Source: Acidimicrobiales bacterium
Lineage (GTDB): Bacteria > Actinomycetota > Acidimicrobiia > Acidimicrobiales > RAAP-2
DNA: 64,000 bases
Assembly (NCBI GenBank): GCA_035533455.1
Contig: DATLTT010000028.1
Span: 17,132 to 81,131, forward strand
Direction: 5' to 3'
Shown here: positions 61,419 through 64,000 of the stretch, in pieces
How positions within the stretch are numbered: the stretch's first letter is position 1
Layout of the letters: every line of letters starts with the position of its first letter
Program-made: the position numbers and the translations under genes
Notes under the pieces: model-generated
What the model was told of the DNA's origin: nothing
What the model saw: the letters and a program-made list of their open reading frames with translations, nothing else
Databases searched by the model: none

Positions 61419-63199
61419 GACTGAACCCCGCTCCATCCGACGCGGCGCCATCCGTTGGGCGTGACCAGTCGGTAGACCGACAGCGCGATGCCGATGACCG
61501 CCAGCATCTCGAAGAGGGTCAAGACGGTCATCGCCGTGCCGGTGTTGGGGGCGAAGTTCGCGAGGTAGGACTGGATTGACACCGACGCTGGTTCCTGACT
61601 GGGTGGGTAGAGGATCTGTGAGATCGCCAACTCCGCGATGGTCTTCGTGAAGGTGAGTAGCCACCCCCATAAGAGCACACGCGACATCAGAGGAAGATTC
61701 GTGGTGCGCCACGCGCGCAGGCGCCCCGCCCCGTGGACGCGCGCGGCTTCGCCGAGCGACGGTTGAATCTGACTGACCGGGCCGGCCATGAACCGCGTCT
61801 GCCCCGGTACGGCGTTGGCCACGAGGGCCAACATCAACAAGGGCAGTGTCTTGTAGATGCTGATCACGTTATGTGAGATGAAGCTGAGGTTGTAGAAGAA
61901 GATGTAGCCCACGCCAAGTACGACACCGGGCACCGCGACCGAACCCAGCAGGAAGACGTCGGTGACGCGTTGACTCCAACTCCCGGGATTCGCGACGAGA
62001 CGACGCGCCAGGATCACCGCCAAGACCCCGGTACCTGTCGCCACGACGAGGCCCAGTTGATTGGAGAGCAACAGCGGTGCACCCAAACTGTCGCCCTGAA
62101 TGGAAGGTTTAAAGATCTGCGCGTAGTACGACAGGGTCCAATGGACGCCGTTCGGCGAGTCGATGCCGAGATTCTTCACGAGTGATCCGATGACCGCGCC
62201 GAGGATCGGCACGCCCAGGGCCACGGCGAAGACGGCCGCCACGGCGGTCGTGGCCATCACGCGTGGACCCCGAGCCAGCTCTCGGCGGCGCGGCGCGCGC
62301 GTGCGACCAGAGAGCACCGCGTACGAGCGCTTTCTCATGACGTGCGACTGAAGGACGATCGGGGGAATCGTGGCGACGATGAGTACGGCCGCGATCACCG
62401 CCGCCACCGAGAAGTTCGCCGGAAAGTTGCTTATCGCGCTGAAGAGGACGTACGTCGCCATGGGGAAGTTCGAGTGGTACCCAAGGGTGAAGGCCACCCC
62501 GAAGTCACTCATCGTCTCGGCGAAACTGATCGCGAGGGCGCTCAACAGCGCGGGCGCGATGATCGGCAGGACGGTCTGCAGGCTGCGCAGCGGCCCCGCG
62601 CCGTGAATCCTCGCCGCGTCTTCGTACTCGGGACCGAGCCCTTGGAGGCCAGCGGAGACGATGAAGTAGGCGAAGGGCAGCGCCGCGCTGGTGAGCACGA
62701 TGACTATGCCCATCGGACCGAAGAACTCTCCGTAGATCCAGTGCGTGTTGATCCCGAGGGCCTGCGCCGCGCCGAAGGGTTGCAGGAGATCGGACCAACC
62801 GAGCGTCATCATCCAGGTGGGCATCATGAGCAGCAACCACATCGCCGGGGCCCAGAAGCGACGTCCTCCGACGTTGGTTCGATGGATCAACCACGCCAGT
62901 GCCGTCGCCAGGCTCACGGAGAGAATCGCGACCGTCGTCGATACCCAAAGGGAGTTGAAGATGCCTCGGCCGAAGTAGCTCGAGAGGGCCTGGCGCACGT
63001 ACGTGAGCGTGAACCACTGCGACCCCTGTTGAAAGACGCGCGGACTGACGCCCAAAATGAGAAAACTCGCTACCGGCGCGATGATGAGCAGGGTGAGGAC
63101 GAGCCAAATGATCACTCCTCCGAGTGATCCTCGTTTCTTCGGTGGCGTCGACGACGACGTGGCGGGCGCAACCGTCTCGAGCGCGGCGATCGCCATCAC
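61415..63199 (-). CDS. ABC importer permease, duplicated two-domain type (FbpB/ThiP-like)
   Basis: 594 aa. Two tandem BPD-transport permease modules, each with an EAA-like loop (YEDAARIHGAGPLRS and LGEAARVHGAGRLRA). Confidence 0.85.
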   Translation of the reverse strand: MMAIAALETVAPATSSSTPPKKRGSLGGVIIWLVLTLLIIAPVASFLILGVSPRVFQQGSQWFTLTYVRQALSSYFGRGIFNSLWVSTTVAILSVSLATALAWLIHRTNVGGRRFWAPAMWLLLMMPTWMMTLGWSDLLQPFGAAQALGINTHWIYGEFFGPMGIVIVLTSAALPFAYFIVSAGLQGLGPEYEDAARIHGAGPLRSLQTVLPIIAPALLSALAISFAETMSDFGVAFTLGYHSNFPMATYVLFSAISNFPANFSVAAVIAAVLIVATIPPIVLQSHVMRKRSYAVLSGRTRAPRRRELARGPRVMATTAVAAVFAVALGVPILGAVIGSLVKNLGIDSPNGVHWTLSYYAQIFKPSIQGDSLGAPLLLSNQLGLVVATGTGVLAVILARRLVANPGSWSQRVTDVFLLGSVAVPGVVLGVGYIFFYNLSFISHNVISIYKTLPLLMLALVANAVPGQTRFMAGPVSQIQPSLGEAARVHGAGRLRAWRTTNLPLMSRVLLWGWLLTFTKTIAELAISQILYPPSQEPASVSIQSYLANFAPNTGTAMTVLTLFEMLAVIGIALSVYRLVTPNGWRRVGWSGVQS

Positions 63200-63210
63200 T
63201 TACCTTTCTA

Positions 63211-63253
63211 GAAAACTCGGCGCCACGGTCGGGGAGACAACCGTGGCGCCGAG
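63211..63253 (-). terminator. intra-operon intrinsic terminator / mRNA-stabilising hairpin after the SBP gene
   Basis: On the minus strand: CUCGGCGCCACGGU, 10-nt loop, ACCGUGGCGCCGAG (14-bp perfect stem, 63216-29 pairing with 63240-53), followed by UUUUCU. Confidence 0.7.
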
Positions 63254-63281
63254 TTGGTAGTTAAAAGAGTGAGACGACGTA

Positions 63282-64000
63282 CTAGCCGTTGACGATGTTG
63301 CTGTCGAACCAGGTGTTGACCTGCGTCTCCAGTTTGCCCCACGTGTAGGGGTTGGTCGAGATCGCGTGCGTGCTCGAAAGCGGCGGGATGATGGCGTTCG
63401 ATGGGTTCTCGCCCTTGATCACTGGCCAGAACAGCGAGTCACCCTGAGGGTCGCCGGTTTGCATGACGTGCTGTCCCCTGGCTGACAAGACCCAGTCGAC
63501 GAACTTCTGGGCGTCCTCGCGAACCATCTTGGGCTGCTTGCCGTCAATGCCCATCACGCTGGGCAGGGCGATGGACGGGTTCAGGTACTTCACCTTCATG
63601 CTCGGGAAGTTCGTCAGGGCGGCGCCGTAACAAGCGGAACTCTGGACGGTCGCCATTGAGATCGTGTGGGCTTCCATAGCCGCGATGGTGGGTCCGTTCG
63701 TGGAGTTGACCACGAGACCGTTGGCCTTCAGTGCCTTGTAGTACGACTCACCGGCCGCGACGGCCTTCGCCGTTGATCCACTCTTGTACTTACCCATGTA
63801 CTGCATAATTCCCGCGATCATCGGATACGTGGGACCGGACTGTGAAGGGTCGTTCATGCCAACTTTGCCCCTGAACTGCGCGCTGTTGAGTTGCGCCCAC
63901 GTACTGGGCAACTGCGCCGCCGTGATCTGAGACGAGTCGTAGCAGAGCGCGCCCGTGACCGTGAGGCCAGTGGGTGCGAAACTGCCGTCCTTGGGGACGT
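63282..64000 (-). CDS. ABC importer substrate-binding protein (family 1, Fe3+/thiamine type), C-terminal part; 5' end off the right edge
   Basis: The reading frame stays open to nt 64000 (VPKDGSFAPTGLTVTGALCYDSSQITAAQLPSTWAQLNS...). The body is SBP_bac_1-like, and the gene lies upstream of the permease and ATPase. Confidence 0.75.
   Translation of the reverse strand, partial: VPKDGSFAPTGLTVTGALCYDSSQITAAQLPSTWAQLNSAQFRGKVGMNDPSQSGPTYPMIAGIMQYMGKYKSGSTAKAVAAGESYYKALKANGLVVNSTNGPTIAAMEAHTISMATVQSSACYGAALTNFPSMKVKYLNPSIALPSVMGIDGKQPKMVREDAQKFVDWVLSARGQHVMQTGDPQGDSLFWPVIKGENPSNAIIPPLSSTHAISTNPYTWGKLETQVNTWFDSNIVNG

Overview
High-G+C actinobacterial-type chromosome segment. It is very gene dense and mostly core metabolism. 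Two thirds of the genes lie on the minus strand in long co-directional runs with 1-4 nt start/stop overlaps. From left to right on the plus strand: ilvB (partial), a leader peptide with attenuator, ilvD, a RelE/Phd toxin-antitoxin pair, gatBAC, an esterase, an SDR, a small HIT-like protein, a PASTA-domain Ser/Thr pseudokinase, ligA, mnmA, a cysteine desulfurase, an SSADH-like aldehyde dehydrogenase, an MFS transporter, YceI with a divergent MarR, ileS, and small GNAT, HAD, Gpx, Qor, methyltransferase and DUF5522 genes. Next comes an amine-catabolism island: alanine dehydrogenase, aminoaldehyde dehydrogenase, an Lrp regulator, a class-III aminotransferase and an FAD oxidase. This is followed by membrane and secreted proteins, a threonine dehydratase, CadD-like and MFS transporters, and an orphan Tat-exported family-5 SBP. 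A pyrimidine-salvage cluster follows: NCS1 permease, a PRTase, a yeast-type cytosine deaminase and upp. After that come a roughly 1175-aa zinc-ribbon/adenylate-cyclase/STAND-ATPase/TPR protein, UspA, a heterodimeric ABC exporter, an F420-type LLM oxidoreductase, glutamate dehydrogenase, PEBP, a threonine-aldolase-like enzyme, gluconokinase, a GH3 hydrolase and a DOPA-dioxygenase-like enzyme. The window ends with an FbpABC-like importer followed by two coupled membrane proteins. I recognised no rRNA, tRNA, CRISPR array, transposase or integrase. I did not find a self-evident novel multi-gene system. The signals most worth a second look are: (1) an unannotated 16-codon Ile/Leu/Val-rich leader ORF plus U-tract hairpin directly upstream of ilvB; (2) a PknB-like PASTA protein whose catalytic motifs are all degenerate, translationally coupled to a tiny Cys/His HIT-like protein; (3) two unusually long non-coding gaps in an otherwise overlapping-gene genome (39517-40020 and 54315-54728) that carry orphan hairpins; (4) an exact duplicated palindromic 12-mer at 25803/25876; (5) an ExxE-motif membrane protein coupled to the iron-type ABC importer. 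All calls come from reading translations and motifs by eye. No database search was run.
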